DNA of 64,000 nt from NCBI RefSeq assembly GCF_052425735.1, contig NC_135769.1, positions 28,892,001-28,956,000 on the forward strand, read 5' to 3'. Under the pieces are notes generated by a model. That model was not told the origin of the DNA, ran no database searches, and saw only the letters and a list, made by a program, of their open reading frames with translations. Positions 23,901-38,194 of this stretch are shown here, piece by piece. Both the position numbers and the translations under genes were made by a program. Source of the stretch: Oculina patagonica (lineage: Eukaryota). How positions within the stretch are numbered: position 1 is the first letter of the stretch; each line of letters starts with the position of its first letter.

Positions 23901-26900
23901 TTGTACTTTGTAAGGTGTCGGCGTTTTACGATTGGCCACCGTAGTGTAGTCGATCACGTGAAATGATCGCTTACCGGAGGTTACAGACAATAGAAAATTT
24001 TGACTGGCAAATTTATATCTATATTTTGAAAAAGTGGTTGCGTAGGGAGGTGGTCGCTTACGAAAGGTGTTCGTACAGGGAGGTTCACACTATACTGAAA
24101 AAAAGAGAAGAGAAGGGAAATGAAAAAACAGCAACACGTGGAAGTGTGCTCAATAACTTCCATGTGCATGAAAATACGCTAGGACTCCTCCGGAAAGTTT
24201 GGTCCCACATTTACTGGCTTGAGTTGTGACTATAGGAACTAAAACTCACATGTTTAAGATTCCGTGAGAAGAGTAGAAAGGGAGAGTAGGGGTAGGCACA
24301 GATCGAGAAAAAAAAAAAAACGACAGCACGAACTTATAGGGCAGAAGTGAGAAATCGTCATAACATCAAATAAAGAAGAAGAATTTTATTAGCAATGGGC
24401 GCCATGCTGTACTTGAAACTACTCAAGCAAGACGATACAACTTACCTTGATGTTCTTTCTGAAATCTGTCACTTCCCATGTTGTAAGTGGATGTACATCG
24501 TGCAGCATCCTCAGCGCTCCCTGGCTTCCATATGCAAACAACACAGCCGTAAACCCTGCATCGCCGACCAGGGCAGGAAGTCCAATCGTGTTGGGGACAA
24601 TCACCTCTCGGCAGTGATACTTGAGTATTTGATTCAGTGGATGTACGGGAGGCAAGGTCCGTTTTAAGGAGACACAGAATGGCTCCACGAACAAATGGGC
24701 CTGAAACATGTAGTCAAGATAAAAAATTATAAAAGTGTTCCTGCATGCAACGAACACAAAGACAGCAGCTTGGTTATAACTTTAGATTTCGAACTATGGA
24801 CCACGTCAAGAAGTCGCTAAAAGGGTTCATATATCCCATTTGTAAGTACGGAATATTTTAGAAATAAATAACTCAATTTGAGATAAAACCAATGGTGAAA
24901 CATCAAGTTTGCCGTTGTCGTCAGTGTTGTTAATGTGGGTTGTGATGATATCGAATTGCCAGTAAATGTATTTTGCACCACAAAGCCAGTATTACCAAAA
25001 CAATATGAATGAAATGCACCTACGTTGGATTTAAAATAAAGAACAACACTACACGTGCTTGCATGATCAGAATTTGCTTTGCCCTTCAATAAGCAGGTTT
25101 TGTTTTTACCTTGGCGAGATGCTCTGCAATTTGAGCATATCCTATGTCCGTGATTTGGACATTGAGCTTAGCAAGCATCCAGTTGTCTCCATCTTCAGGA
25201 GTGTAAACCGCTGAATCTGGCGGAATAAGAAGTTAAAGTAAAAACTTTTATAGGAGACTCGTGAATCAAAAGATATGACCATAATTTTGTAGCACAGAGT
25301 GGTTTGGAGTTTTTGTACTTCTCCTGGATGGGATTCTAGTCCATTGCAAGCTTTCTCCCAAAAACTCGGCGGTACCCATTAATAACACTCCTGGATAGAT
25401 GGAAAGAAGTCCTGAGATGGTTTAAGTATCTAAAGTGTCACCCATAGGGAAAATTGCCCAGTTTCAGTGGTGTCATCAAAATCAGAGTTTAAATGCCACC
25501 CCTGTTACTGAACTGATGGAACGTTGATATTAAGCAATTAGATAAAAACGTTACCAGGCCAGAAAAAACTACACTGGGGTGTATCTGGACCCCGAAGTAT
25601 GGACGACCAAATAGTCTTCGTTTTTATGGGTTTGAAGTTTATTTTACGCATGTGATACATTCCACAAGGAAGTAAGAAAACTGACGACGAAATTCTTTTA
25701 AAACCTATCAGGTCTAGCCGAGGGAGGCCCTTATTTCACATTTTATTTCACATTTTTACATTTACAGGAAGGGTAAAGAAAGACATGAGGTCTGGTTTTA
25801 CCACGTCTTTCACAAGATCACTTTATTTTTCTGCTTCGTGCCAGCGAGTTCGCTCACTGTTCGTACAATATGTCCCAATTGACATTTCACTACTCTCCGT
25901 TCTCCGTTTTTTGGAAAATCCTACAGTTTCTCGAGTTTTAGGAAAGTTGTCTTAAGTTGCATTACAAGGTAACGTCATCTTATGATCTATACTTCACTAG
26001 CCTGACTAGCAGCCTTCGACCAATAAGTACGGGAGAACTATTCAAGTTAATGTAAATAACTCCTACATCATATAAATCTGATGGCAACTATATGGTAAAA
26101 AGTTTCTATCTTACTATACTATACAGATAAATCACAGCCGTTCAGCCGTGCAGTTTCACCCGTTCCACACGGCTTTGTGAGCCGTGCGTTACCCGTTCAG
26201 TAGCCGTGTATTTTACCCGTTCGGTATAAAGCCCTTAGTGTACGTTTTCGCGTGAGAGGTCAAATATAAAATAATAATTTTTGTCTTACTAACCTGGTCT
26301 GAAGTCCATTTGTATGGCAACAGGCACAAGTTCATTATATCGACCAACTTTCGCAGATGCAAACAAAGCAATGGGAGAAAGAAAGTTCCACATGGTCCTT
26401 CGAGGATCTCTGTCGGTAAAGTCCGGCGCTCTGTCCAGGTCATCACACAACTCATAACGCAGAGCGTAGATGCGACCCTGTTTTATGGCCAAAGCGAAGA
26501 AAAACGCGACACATGTCCAGGGAGGTGGAGAAAAAAACAGAAGAAGGAGTCGGCGACGAAGGAAGAGAGCCGTGGGAAGCGGAGTGAGAAAGATCCAAAG
26601 ATGGCAGACACGAGGACCCCAAACCCCCAGTCACGGCCCAAGAACGAGACGGAGACCAAACACCACCACCCCCCACCACCCCACCCCAACCAACCAACCA
26701 ACCAACCAACCAACCAACCAACCAACCAACCAACAACCCACAGCGGACGCGGGGGGAGAGACAAGGGACCACCCGGACGCGAGCCGCGACGCAGCGCCAC
26801 AGGATCAGCGCCACTCCAGTCACGCGGAGAACCGTGATCCCACACCCCGCAGGGACTGCTGGACAGCAGACGGAAAGGAGAGGAGCACCGCGACCACAAA

Positions 26901-29900
26901 AAGTCATGACCACAAACCCCCCGAGAGGCAGGGCGCCCACCCGCGGGAGCGAAGACGAGAGAGGGAGAGAGAAGAGACGAGCGAGAAGCCAGTGGCCACC
27001 ACCCCCCAGAAACCAACCGGAGGGCGCCGCAGCGCGACCCCCGCGCACGCGAACTGCGAAAGGAGCGAGAGGAAGCCCGACCAGACAGCCCTGCACAAGG
27101 ACCCCGCGACCGGGAAGCCGGAAAGGAGAGAGACGAGGGCGAGAACAGAGGAAAAGCAACCCCCCCCCCTCGGAAAGGGCCCGAGCAGGGCGGGAGGGAG
27201 GGGGAGGAAGTGGAGAAAGAAGAGGGACACGGGGGGAGGGGAGGAGAGAGACATGAGCCACAGGGGAGGCAGGGGGGAGGGGCAACGGAACTAATGACCG
27301 CCCACGGCGGGGACAAGCACGAGAGACTGAAACTGTCAGCCAACACCGCCGAACGTTGGCCATCCGTACCTTCTTTGTATTTGCTGTGTTATGAAATGTT
27401 TCTTCACTGTTTTAAGAGGTTATTTTTATATTTCAACGAATTTGATGGTCATTTTACATGCCTTAATTTAGCTACAATACGTGACACAGCCCTTTTATTA
27501 TATAACCTTAGTTCAAACTGAAAAACCTTAGGCTCATTAAATGAGTCAGATGTCTCGAACTAAGGTGTACACGCCAGTTGTCAAGCATGACACGTAATTT
27601 GACAGAATCACTAATTTTGATGCGCATTAACCGATAGAAAGTTTCCATTTTCTAACTGGGTGCAATATTAGCACACAATCGTTACAAATGAAAATGTACG
27701 GCGCACAGATAAGCGGTGACCGAAAAGTGCCCGTTAAGAGAGGTTAACTTTGTAAAAGGCGTGTGACTTAGGTTACAGAAAATATAAAGTGTCCGTTCTG
27801 TGTATTAACCAGCGTCCGTATTAGGTGGTTAAATGTAAAAAAAAAAGACTGTATGAGCTTTTTGACGGGACAAACAAAACAGTCCGTAAAGGCAGGCATC
27901 CGTAGATCGGGGTTCCACTTTTTAAGTTCTGTATTACCTTCATCACAGACTCCCCATCTGCCTTTGAAGTTTTCTGTTGTTGAACACCAAGGTTTGTGAT
28001 AATGAACAGTGGTACACTTTTGGTAAACTTGACCACGATAGGTAAATGGAAAATGGCACCATCTTCCGTCTTCTGTCTTTACTGTACATCTCCTTCTTTC
28101 TGTAAGAATCATTTAAAATTAAAGGTAGCATCCAATATGATGGAATCAATCTATTACCGAAGCCATTATCAACATTATCAACCAGAACATTGTATACATG
28201 AGAACATTCAAAATTCAAGTAGAAAGATTATTAAAGTTGTTATAATATTATTAATAAAGCTATACGTGGGGAGAACATAAAACGAACAGTATTAGGAATA
28301 TTTCGCAGTAGGAGCATTATTACAAGAAAGAAAGATTAGAAGATTTTAATGTATCTTAAATGGCAGTCGAGATTATTTTATTGAAGTTTGCGTCGATCAA
28401 GAGAAAGTAATGCCTAAAACATTTAAAATAATGTCAGCTTTCTTCCGAGAATGTATTTTGATGGATTTCCGGTAGTCTCTGACTAGCATACAACTCAATA
28501 GGCCATTATCGAATTATTTTCTGAGTTACCCTTTGCCTCCGTTTCAATACGAGTTTGATTTGCTTGAAAGTTAACCTGTTGGTAAAACTCGTTTTCATAT
28601 GAATAGTTTCGCAAGTAGACTCGTTTTAAAACAGAGGCAAAGGGTAACTTGGAAATGACCTATTGTTCACCAGTCCCCTGTCCGTGCGTCCACCACATAT
28701 TCAACTTTTACTGTTGCTTTGCCTGTNNNNNNNNNNNNNNNNNNNNNNNNNNNNNNNNNNNNNNNNNNNNNNNNNNNNNNNNNNNNNNNNNNNNNNNNNN
28801 NNNNNNNNNNNNNNNNNNNNNNNNNNNNNNNNNNNNNNNNNNNNNNNNNNNNNNNNNNNNNNNGTTACCAAGGAAACCGAGTCCTACCTTCTCCGTGAAT
28901 CGTCACTCTTTTGATTGACATGGGGTTGTGTCCCGCTAGGCGCTGCTGAGTGAAGAACTTATCACTGATCCATTCAGTTTTTTCGTTAATAAACGATTCG
29001 TGTCGTGATGGTAGCCTCACCCTTTCCTAAAAGACAATGTTTTAAATCACTGTGTTAATACCGTAGGAACTCTAATTCCTCAATGGAAACTGACGGAATT
29101 GACATTCGAGAATCGAGGATAATCATACTTTTAGCTTTGTCAAACAGCCTTTGCATGTTAGTTACTGTATTAACTGTCTGATTTTTGAAAATTACAGAGA
29201 AAAATCTAGGCCACTTTTTGTAGCATTAAACATTCTTAATATATACGAGTTAAATATATACCAAATGCCACTCTTTGTGTATTCCTACTTTAATGGTAAT
29301 CTACAAAGTTATTTTTGTTACTATTTTAGATTAAATGAAAAGATCCCTAGTCACAATACACGAACAGACTCAAACATATATATTGATTATAAAAGGACAA
29401 GTAATAGGACATTTTCATTAAAATTTAGGGGGCCCAAATATGAAACAATTTACCTAATGACCTGAAAATATTAAAATCATATCGACTATTTAAAAAATCA
29501 ACTAAAGACTATGTTCAAAATTGCATGCTTTCCTTTAAGCTAGGTTGTAATTAGTTTTTAAAATAGCAAATCCCACGTTAATATATTCAATCAATACTTA
29601 CGCATCCATCTGCTAAATTGTAAATAGTTTAAGTATGCATGGGGATCTTCTTAGAAAAGCTCAGTAGAGCTTGCTAAGATCTCCAACCATTATATACATT
29701 ATCTTCTGCAGCAGATTTATTTGTCATTCTTGTAAAAATAGAATAAATATGATGGAAATAAAGAAATTGATGTCTGTACAGGTCACTTATTACAAATGAG
29801 AGGAACGGTATTATGGAAATCAGGTGTAGGTAATGATTCTTGTAATGTTTAGATTAATAGTTTATTTACATGCATGTACCCGAAGATTTTTTTAAGTTTG

Positions 29901-32018
29901 GGTAAATAAATGTAATAGATAACTAAATAAAATACGTATCTTAATCTCAAGATGTTAGCAGGGAATTATTGTTATGTTCTGGCTGGTTTTAGAAAAAGGG
30001 ATTAGGCCTTATGCATGATAATGTCATTAGCTAAAAATTTCAAGTTACCACCAAGCCTCGTTTACGCGAATTATTCTCATCGTTGCTGCTTTGGGAATTC
30101 GTTCATGATAAAATTTGCAGGTTTGCACTTTGAAAGCGAGGCTTGGTGGTGAAAATAGCCAGTCTGACATAAACACGCATAAGGGCTATTCTGGCGATTT
30201 TTTTTCGCTGGAGGTTCTAGCCGCTCTTACTAAACAAGGTGAGGGCTGGTGACCAGGAAAGCGAACCTTCGTCGTGTAAAGACCAACAAATAACAGAACA
30301 CAGTAGATTAAAGGGGCAGTTTCACCATCATTTAGCGCAATCTTAAAGGGGAGTTTCACCATTTAGCGCAATCTTAAAATCCCGTGAAGGTGTTGTTATT
30401 AATTTGAATTCCATTGAAAGTGGCCTGGCGTTGCTAAAATGTAGTGTTCTAGTAGTAAAAATTTTTAAACAGTAGTGTGGTCATGGACTGTTAGGAAAGA
30501 AGTGGCCTAAACCTTGAAAACGTCGGGCCGACGTTTTTAAGTTTGAAAGTATCAATTGAATAAAAACACATAAAAACCATTGATTGCGGTCACATGCAAA
30601 TTTTTTTTGCCTTTCTGTCGTTGTTCTAAGGCTATTCTGTTAAATAGTGAGTGCACCTTATAATTCTAGCATAGTTCAGACAAAAATTTAGAAGATTTCT
30701 CGTGACACTGTCCCTTTAAGGTGATTTCCAGTCCGTATTGCATTGCGCATCCTTTCGGGGCATTTGTTTTCGCGTCATTTAGCGCGCGCACGAGCGCGCG
30801 CGCACACAGACTCTTGAGTTCTTTTTCGTTGCTCTTTGTATATTTTTTTTTTTTTTTTGGCGGGCCCCCTTTTTGTTTTGAATTCATTTAAATGTCATAC
30901 GGTTGTCTACAGCATACATCGCGAAGTTTTAAAAATTTAATTATTTTTTTTTCAAACTTTTTAACGTCCGCCAAATTTACATTTCGTTTCCATTTCCGAA
31001 AGAGTTTTCCGATGAGCTGAAACGTCGGTTTTTGAAATAGCGTCAAGGTTCCTTTACTCGTTATTATTTGTTCTGCAAGGATATCTGGCGTTAATAATGA
31101 AGAAAAAGGCTAAGTTTGTCGCGGAATTTTTAGTTTTGCTATAATGTAAACATTTTACACAAAACCCCCCCCTTCGTGTTTTTGGGCTCACATAAACATT
31201 GCAGCCGAGACCAAGTTGCAGAAAATTGCAGTACTCCTTCTATTTGAGTGGAATTCATCCTTAAATGTAAAAAGGCTTTTTTAAGCATATTATTGTTACA
31301 TATTATTTGAAATTTCTATTGTTGAGATCTACAACTTTAGATATGTGTTTTAAACGAAAACGTACTGCAATTGGGCTCTCGCCTGTCTTTGGTTTATGTA
31401 CGAGATCTTGCTTCACAATCACGCTCAGTAATTACCTAGACGCGTTTTGTAAAAACGAGGATAAGAAAAAAGAAATATAGTGCTTACCCCAAGAACTGGA
31501 TCCAGAGCTGTTTGAAAAAATTCTGATATTATGAGGTATTCTAAGATGTCGGTTATCTCTTGTCCAAAGGTTGCGTTGTTGTACCGCTCTAAAATTTCAG
31601 CGTTTGCTCGTGTCATTCCCAAATAGGCCTGAGTGTAGTATCTCGAGAACGGGTCTTGTAAAGAAACCGCTGCTACCTCTGGTATGGTCAAGTTCACAAG
31701 GGCAAAGCCATGCGAACCCTGTTCCGAGGTGAACGCTTTCTTGTTTTGAGCAAGTACGGCATTTCTGATGGCCGTGCACGCAGCAGTGGAGTGCTGAGGA
31801 AGGGAGACTTCACAGTCCACGGCTGAAGCATACCTTGAATACAAAACACAAGTATTGATTACCATAATGTACACGTTCAGCAAAGGATTGAAATTGGTGC
31901 TTGCACTAATCTGTTAAGATGCCTTATAACATAGAGGGCAAAATTACTGAATTCTGATTGGCTGAGACAGAGGGCAATTTTTCTTAATTTAAGTAATTGC
32001 CCGGGGGAAATTTATATT

Positions 32019-32058
<40 letters not shown>

Positions 32059-34408
32059 ACAATGGCGAGCCGATAGGCGAGCCATTTACGCCTATACACA
32101 TCGGACGCGAATATTTTATTCCACTTGTGAAATGAAAACAATAAATTGAATTCAAAGTATAGTTATGCCAATCGGTAGAGATCTGTATCAAAAGTTAATG
32201 AATACTAATTAGCTGAGCAGAAGTTTGTATCAAAAGTTAATTCTATTGTTTGATTTGTATTGGGGTTTACAGTTGTGTACATGTGATCTGAATACTGTGC
32301 TGGGATTGGTTTGAACCCTCATGAATAGTTAATGAATTTTACAATACTTGATCCTGGTTGGGCGAGCAGAAAAATACGCGTTTCTAATTGGATGAACTCG
32401 CTGCACTTAGTTGGCTTCTTGACGGCGGGATTCTGAGAAGAATTTTCAAACACGACGCCCGCTTACAAGAATGTCGCTTCGGAATTTGACGTCAGCTTCC
32501 AGATATTTCAGAACTTCCAAAATTATTTCCATCTATGTCACAAACAAGTAATCGCATGTTTCCTCGTAAAACTAAGGATTAAGTAATCAGAAAAATGACT
32601 TAAAATATCGTGACATCACTCCTTTAAGGGCGGAGTTTACTTTGTAAAAGCAGGAACAATAGCTTAATTCGTCCTTCTATCCATCGCCATTCAAGTGTGA
32701 AGAGCTCAAGGAAATATTTCCTTCACCAACCCTGACCGCCGACCAATGGGTTCCCAGTATCAGTCATTTTTTCCCAATTTTTATTCAGTTCTGTTCCTTT
32801 TATTTTTGCGGGGGCGTTTTTGGCGCCCCACGTTTACATTATCGGTTAATTAATATGTTCAGATATCTTAATATTGTGTAACCTCTTACAGATAACGGTC
32901 GTGGCCAATATTTTCCAATAAATTTGTAAAATTGCGTCCTAGCGCTCTCAACCCTTCGGTGTATCCTGTTTAAGCAAAGCTTGAGCCAGGGATCTATTTC
33001 CTAGGAACTTGCATCGATATACGGTAAATATAATTTTTTTGGCTCGATGATTATAAAAAAATCCGCATCGAGGTGTATTTAAAGAATGCTTATGCGCAAA
33101 CCGTTAACTGAAGTGGCAGTTCGAATAACCGATCAAAATAATTTGGAAGTGTCCGGTTTTCTTCAAACTTAACCCTACGAAGAGCCATTTCCGAACTGAA
33201 AAGATTTTTCAGTTAACAAAAAAAAAAACGTTGCTATGATACTATAAACAAATTCACTGTACTAACCAAATATTTCTGCAAGAATAACTATTTCGAAATA
33301 AGGCAAAACCGACTCGAAAACTCGGTGCTATCTGAGATTTACATTGAAATAAGGATAACTATAAATTTAGTTTCTCTAGCGAGGTCAGCTTGAAAGCTTA
33401 AGTTGCGATAAGTTCTTCATAACTGTATTCAAAATGTGACCATGTTGTGAGTTTTTAACTTTATTTTTGCCTTTGTTGCTCGAGTGCGCAGCGGAAACCA
33501 TCTAAATTGCTTTAATGCAATGGACCGGAAATTTTCCCGTGAGCATTAATGCGAGCGTAGGATGAGTGCTTACGTATGAATATCAAGTTGTTGTTTTTCT
33601 CCAAACGGGGTGCATTTGTTGTTGTTGTTTTTAAAAAAATATTATTCACATCATCAATAAGAATATTAACGTCTAGAAGTCCGTTTAATGGTTTGTCCGA
33701 GATACAGTTCGTCTTGAATGTCAATCTTGCAATAGGTACACATGTAAGTAGTTGAAAAGATCAATAATTTATGGTCTACAGACCATAGAAGAAAGCAATA
33801 TTGCAATCTTATCTAATATTCTAGCTAGAATGTAGTGGTGCCGCGAAGAGACAGGGCACGAAACGGGAACAGAAGGACCACGGGGAGGCAGACGGAACAG
33901 GGGGAGGGAACGAGACCGAGAACAGAGGGGGGCGGGAACCGGCGACCGGACGCCCAACCACCGGGCTCCAAGTTATCCACAGGCCACGAAGCAATCGGAC
34001 TCAAATAAGACCAGACTGTAGTTCGAACACTGTTCTTTCGACGACCGGGAGAACTGACAAAAGCGAATCGAGGAAAAAAAATTTTTGTCGCAGTGAGAGG
34101 CAATACCAAATTCTACGGTCTTGATGTCGTATGTAAAAAGCGAATATATATGCACTATTTATTTGAATTAATTTGGAATTAAAGGAAGCAAAACCTTAAA
34201 CCAGCGCTTTCTAGTTGCTTCGTAGCATGAAGCAAATTAAGATCACCTTTGCTGATGTTAAGTGGTAATCCTTAATAATTTCTTTGTTGATTCTACTACC
34301 TTATTATATTCTCTAAAATGATCTAAAAAGTGAAAACGTAATAATACCTAACCTTGAAGCTGTTATTAGGCCTCCAATTAATAAAACCAATACAACCAGA
34401 ACTTTCAT
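20969..34408 (-). CDS. LOX-B: signal-peptide lipoxygenase with one visible FN2 module; possibly defective or mis-assembled
   Basis: Exons in transcript order: 34408-34353 (MKVLVVLVLLIGGLITASR), 31833-31488, 29026-28888, 28099-27938 (FN2), [GPVG exon not readable, garbled 26490-27360], 26489-26294, 25216-25110, 24700-24446, 23375-23269, 23093-22991, 22717-22499, 21202-20969 (WLPNGIQS, TAG). Exon lengths match LOX-A except exon 2 (346 vs 352 nt). Acceptors read TG at 26491-26490 and GG at 23095-23094. Confidence 0.8.
27938..28099 (-). CDS. LOX-B FN2 exon (phase 1-1, 162 nt)
   Basis: [54 protein letters not shown] with AG/GT boundaries. Confidence 0.9.
29185..29770 (+). mobile_element. Degraded LINE 3' fragment
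   Basis: Translation SRPLFVALNILNIYELNIYQ...SHNTR...FSLKFRGPK resembles the C-terminus of CR1/L2-group ORF2. Confidence 0.6.
30312..30715. mobile_element. TTAA-flanked MITE (Kolobok-like)
   Basis: ttaa|AGGGGCAGTTTCAC ... GTGACACTGTCCCT|ttaa; the left end is locally duplicated over about 35 bp. Confidence 0.6.
30720..31260. mobile_element. Second TTAA-flanked MITE sharing the TTAA of the preceding element
   Basis: ttaa|GGTGATTTCCAGT ... AGTGGAATTCATCC|ttaa; imperfect TIRs. Confidence 0.5.
34353..34408 (-). CDS. LOX-B first coding exon, signal peptide
   Basis: ATG AAA GTT CTG...ACA GCT TCA AG/gttag gives MKVLVVLVLLIGGLITASR. It ends in phase 2 and joins G-TAT-GCT of exon 2 in frame. Basic N-terminus followed by a hydrophobic core. 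Confidence 0.85.
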
Positions 34409-34508
34409 GTTTGTTGCTGACAGAGAGATATGGCTGCTGAGCCAGTTCTATGCGTTGGGCGTCGACTTACCCTGTTCTGTTTAAAGCAAGCCCTGTATAG
34501 TCGACTAT

Positions 34509-34787
34509 GTAGCAGCGAGGTGTTGTCTTATTTACATAAAATATACGGTATATAAGATATTTCTATAGGTCGAAACATTGTGAGTGCGGCATTTTATTTG
34601 TGTCAATCGGCAATGGGCTGGAAATTTTTCCGCGTACATTGTTAGCAGCGAGCTGTGGTCTCATTTACGTAAAAAATACGACATAGAAATAAAGGCATTT
34701 ATTTGTATAATTTGAGTCATTGTGAGCGTATTTTATTTGTGTTAATCATATCGGCAATGGGCTGGAAATTTTTCCGCGTTCATTGTT
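34509..34787. repeat. About 135 bp tandem duplication upstream of the LOX-B first exon
   Basis: Two copies of tagcagcgag...cattgtgag...atcggcaatgggctggaaatttttccgcgt.cattgtt. Confidence 0.75.
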
Positions 34788-37700
34788 TACTACGTTTTTG
34801 TTAAGTTCTGTTTGTTTCCTTTTTCACAAACAACCTCTATTTAGAACACGAACGTCTAAATGGCGTTTTTAAAACGGTGAGTCGAAGGTGCAGTCTGTTT
34901 TGGGCTTAAAAAATAGAAGTTGAAAAACTCGACAATTTATGGCCTTCATGATCAGGGTTGCCTTTATAAATGACACGACCTTGCGCCCACTAGTTAAATC
35001 TATCTCAATCGAATCTCAAGATGCCATGTCATTTAAAGTCTTTGTTTAAACGGAATAAGTCCTTAAAATATTTAAGACTTCACAAAGCTGGAACCGACAA
35101 TCAGACACAAGCCGTATTGAGCCCGTCCATACATAAACAATACTGTGTTCTAAGTATTCCTGGAACGTGTTTAGTGCGTACATCGATAACAAACTTAAGT
35201 AAAGTCGGAACGCACGATGCGGCTTTGCACCTAACAACAACAAAATTCATTTGAGTCCACCATTGGACGCGGTTTTTGTGCATGCTAAACGTTGCGTGCA
35301 ATGATAAAATATTTTTTGCCAAGAAAGATGACGGCGCAAAAATTCTCAGCGTTAGTAGGTAGGCGGCTACGAAACTTGTCGTGCGTTTAATTATGCTCCA
35401 GTCTAACAGCCTTATCATTTTCAGAAACTATTCGGCTAAACTAGGGTCAACTAAAAAGTGTTTCATAAGAGAGTTCACCCTTGAGTGATTTTAGATAAAT
35501 TTAAAATAACACATGGGTCCGCGGAGGTATCGACATTTCTTTTCGATTGTTCAACTCGATATCTCAAGAGTGAAAGCAGCGTACATACTAAAAACGATGT
35601 TTTTGACGATTTTCCGAAGATTTTCGACCATTTTTCAAATATTTCTTAGTTCTTCGGATGTTGTCCGAAAGTCTTACGAACGTTTACCGACGCCTTTCGA
35701 AAATAACAAAATAACCGAAGATTTTCGATGTTTGCCGAAGACTTCTAAGGAACATCGAGAGATGTTTTGACTACACACCAATAAAATAAAGTAAAAGGGT
35801 CAATTGTGGTCTCAAACATAATTCTGACTTGATTTAATGAAATGTGTCTAAAGAATTTTGACAGTTCTGAGGCCATATTTATTTAAAACTTATATAGAAA
35901 TGTCATAACATTGTTTATATAGAAAAGTTTTAGTAGAAATTTAAAAGCCCTTGTGAAACTTGCTGATTTTATAGAATTCCGAAGGAAGTGAGTGGCATAA
36001 AGGGGGAACAGAATACGAAAATTCATATTACCAGTCTGTTTTTGTTTAATCAGCTTGGTATATTGTTTTCTCAGCTTCACTGTTAAATGCATTTTTTTTG
36101 GGCACTTAAATGGTGCTTAATGAGAGACCTCACTCCTTCAGTGATTTCTTGAATAAAACAATACCATGAAAAACATCTTCTGGCTATTTTTTTTTCTTAA
36201 GGTACAAGCTTTTGACTGTTTGAACAAGAGTACTTCGACGAGAAAAATAAAGTGTTAAGAGGCAATAAACAAATTAAATATAAATATGAAAAAGTACAAA
36301 AGAATATAGAACATGTAAATTGATTATGAAAATTTGCTGCAAAACAATATCGATTATCCGTCTAAATTTGTTTATGATATATACAGACGGTAAAAATTCA
36401 ACACTCGACAAATGTATCCACTGAGGAACTTGTTGAATTTTTTTTCAAACTGGTTGAACCCCCCGACTCGCGCAAGTCTTTCTCGTCCATTTCTGTCCGG
36501 CCTAAAAAAATTCGGTGTCCCACTTTTTCTTAGCTGATTAACACCATACAAGAAGAGTAACCGGGCTCCGAGGTTCCTACCTTCACCGAATTTGCAAGTT
36601 AATATTGTATGCAAAATGCATCGCATCGATTGATCTAAGTAGGTGTTCAAAGGAAAGAACGCATACGGAATGTGAATGTGAATTCAAAGTCAATGTCATA
36701 TCATGCCATTGACTTTGAATAAGAGAGGATTTATCTTTCATCATCTCTGCCATTGACTTTGAATAAGAGGCTTTATCTTTTATCATATCTTGCTTTGAGT
36801 AGAAGAAGGTTATACGGAAAAATAAAATATACGGAAGGTTCTGGAATCTTTCTTTGCATACCATGGCAACCCGTTTCGTGGGCAACAATTCTTGCCCACT
36901 CCTTGGACAATATAACATAATGTTTAAAAATATTCATAACGATAATTTTATTCGTTTTAATTTTTCACATTTATATTGAGCATTTTGTACCGCCTTTTAA
37001 AATTTTATTTTACCCATCGAAAACAATAGATCAAACTGTAATTTGTGAAAAATATTAGCCTGAGAATGTTTTTTTTTTTAATTTCCTATGGTTCATTTTG
37101 GCTACCGCCCCTCTATATTTTTACTGACTTAAGGGTTTTTTCAGCTTGGTTTTGTAATGCAAAATCACATCTATTGAAGTTTTCTTCCAATTGAGGAACA
37201 TGTCATGGTACCATAAGGAGTACCCTAAATAGATTACACTTACAACTTAACTCGATCATGAAACCAAAGGTGCTTTCGATTGGGAAATTCGGATTTCCCA
37301 ATAAAACACGAAATCCAAAAACGGATATTAACACACCGAAATTTCTCTCCGAGATGGATTTCAATTACGAAATCTAACCTTGGATTTTATGGATTTGTTA
37401 TTTTGCGTTTTTTTTTTGCGGGTGAGGGGGATCAGAAAAAAAGATTGGCAAATTTGTTTTCGTGATTTGATTGTTTCTCTACAAGAATGGTGAGGTCTGT
37501 ACCCAAATTTCTCTGTAAACTGTAAAGGTCAAGGTTAAGGTAATTTATTTAACGTCAAGTACACGGGAAGTGGTTTCCCAATCTCCGAGTCAGAGGCTCA
37601 TGATAAGTGTTTGACAATTAAGATACTAAGAATAATGAAATGGTACTAAAAAGAGTTAAAAAGTACATATTAAAAATATAAAATTAAATAGATCTTAAAA

Positions 37701-38194
37701 CTACATGTTAAAAATATAATATTAAAAAACGATTTAAGGTACAAAATGTCTGTAAAAGGACCATTAAATGCAAGTACTGCATTGGCAGCCCCCAAATTTT
37801 ATCGTATTTAAAGGTTTGTTTCGTGTAAACGCATTTTCAAGTGGCAATATATATAACTAAACATTTCGAGTAACCGATCACAATAACCGTTTGCGAGTCT
37901 CCAGTTTTTGGTTGTTAAAAATCCATTCCCGAAGTGAAAACATCGAAACGCCGCGATAGTCTCTAATAAAATAAAATATGCTACATTACTGGAGCTACTG
38001 ACTAAGTATTTCTATATTGAAGAAAAAGCTGTCACAGTTAAAAGTACATGAAGTTACTGAATATTTGTACGTAAAGCTATCATAGTTGTTTCATGGCAGG
38101 ACGCAAATTAGATCACCTTTGCTGAAGCTTAGTGGCATTGTTGATTCTCTAAAAATGATCTGAAAACAGACAACGTGAAAATATTTCACTATAC

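Noticed and set aside
27370-27383. Candidate 14 nt micro-exon in LOX-B (cag|CAAATACAAAGAAG|gtac)
   Set aside because: Not a multiple of 3, unlike all other cassette micro-exons, and next to the garbled block; cannot be supported without cDNA.
26310-27521. Several long overlapping ORFs up to 303 aa on both strands
   Set aside because: They arise from stop-codon scarcity in a T-depleted low-complexity block that is probably an artefact; no recognisable domain.
33835-34100. GC-rich patch with ORFs in LOX-B intron 1 (similar patch at 45830-46055)
   Set aside because: Same skewed composition as 26490-27360; most likely low-quality sequence rather than a CpG island or gene.
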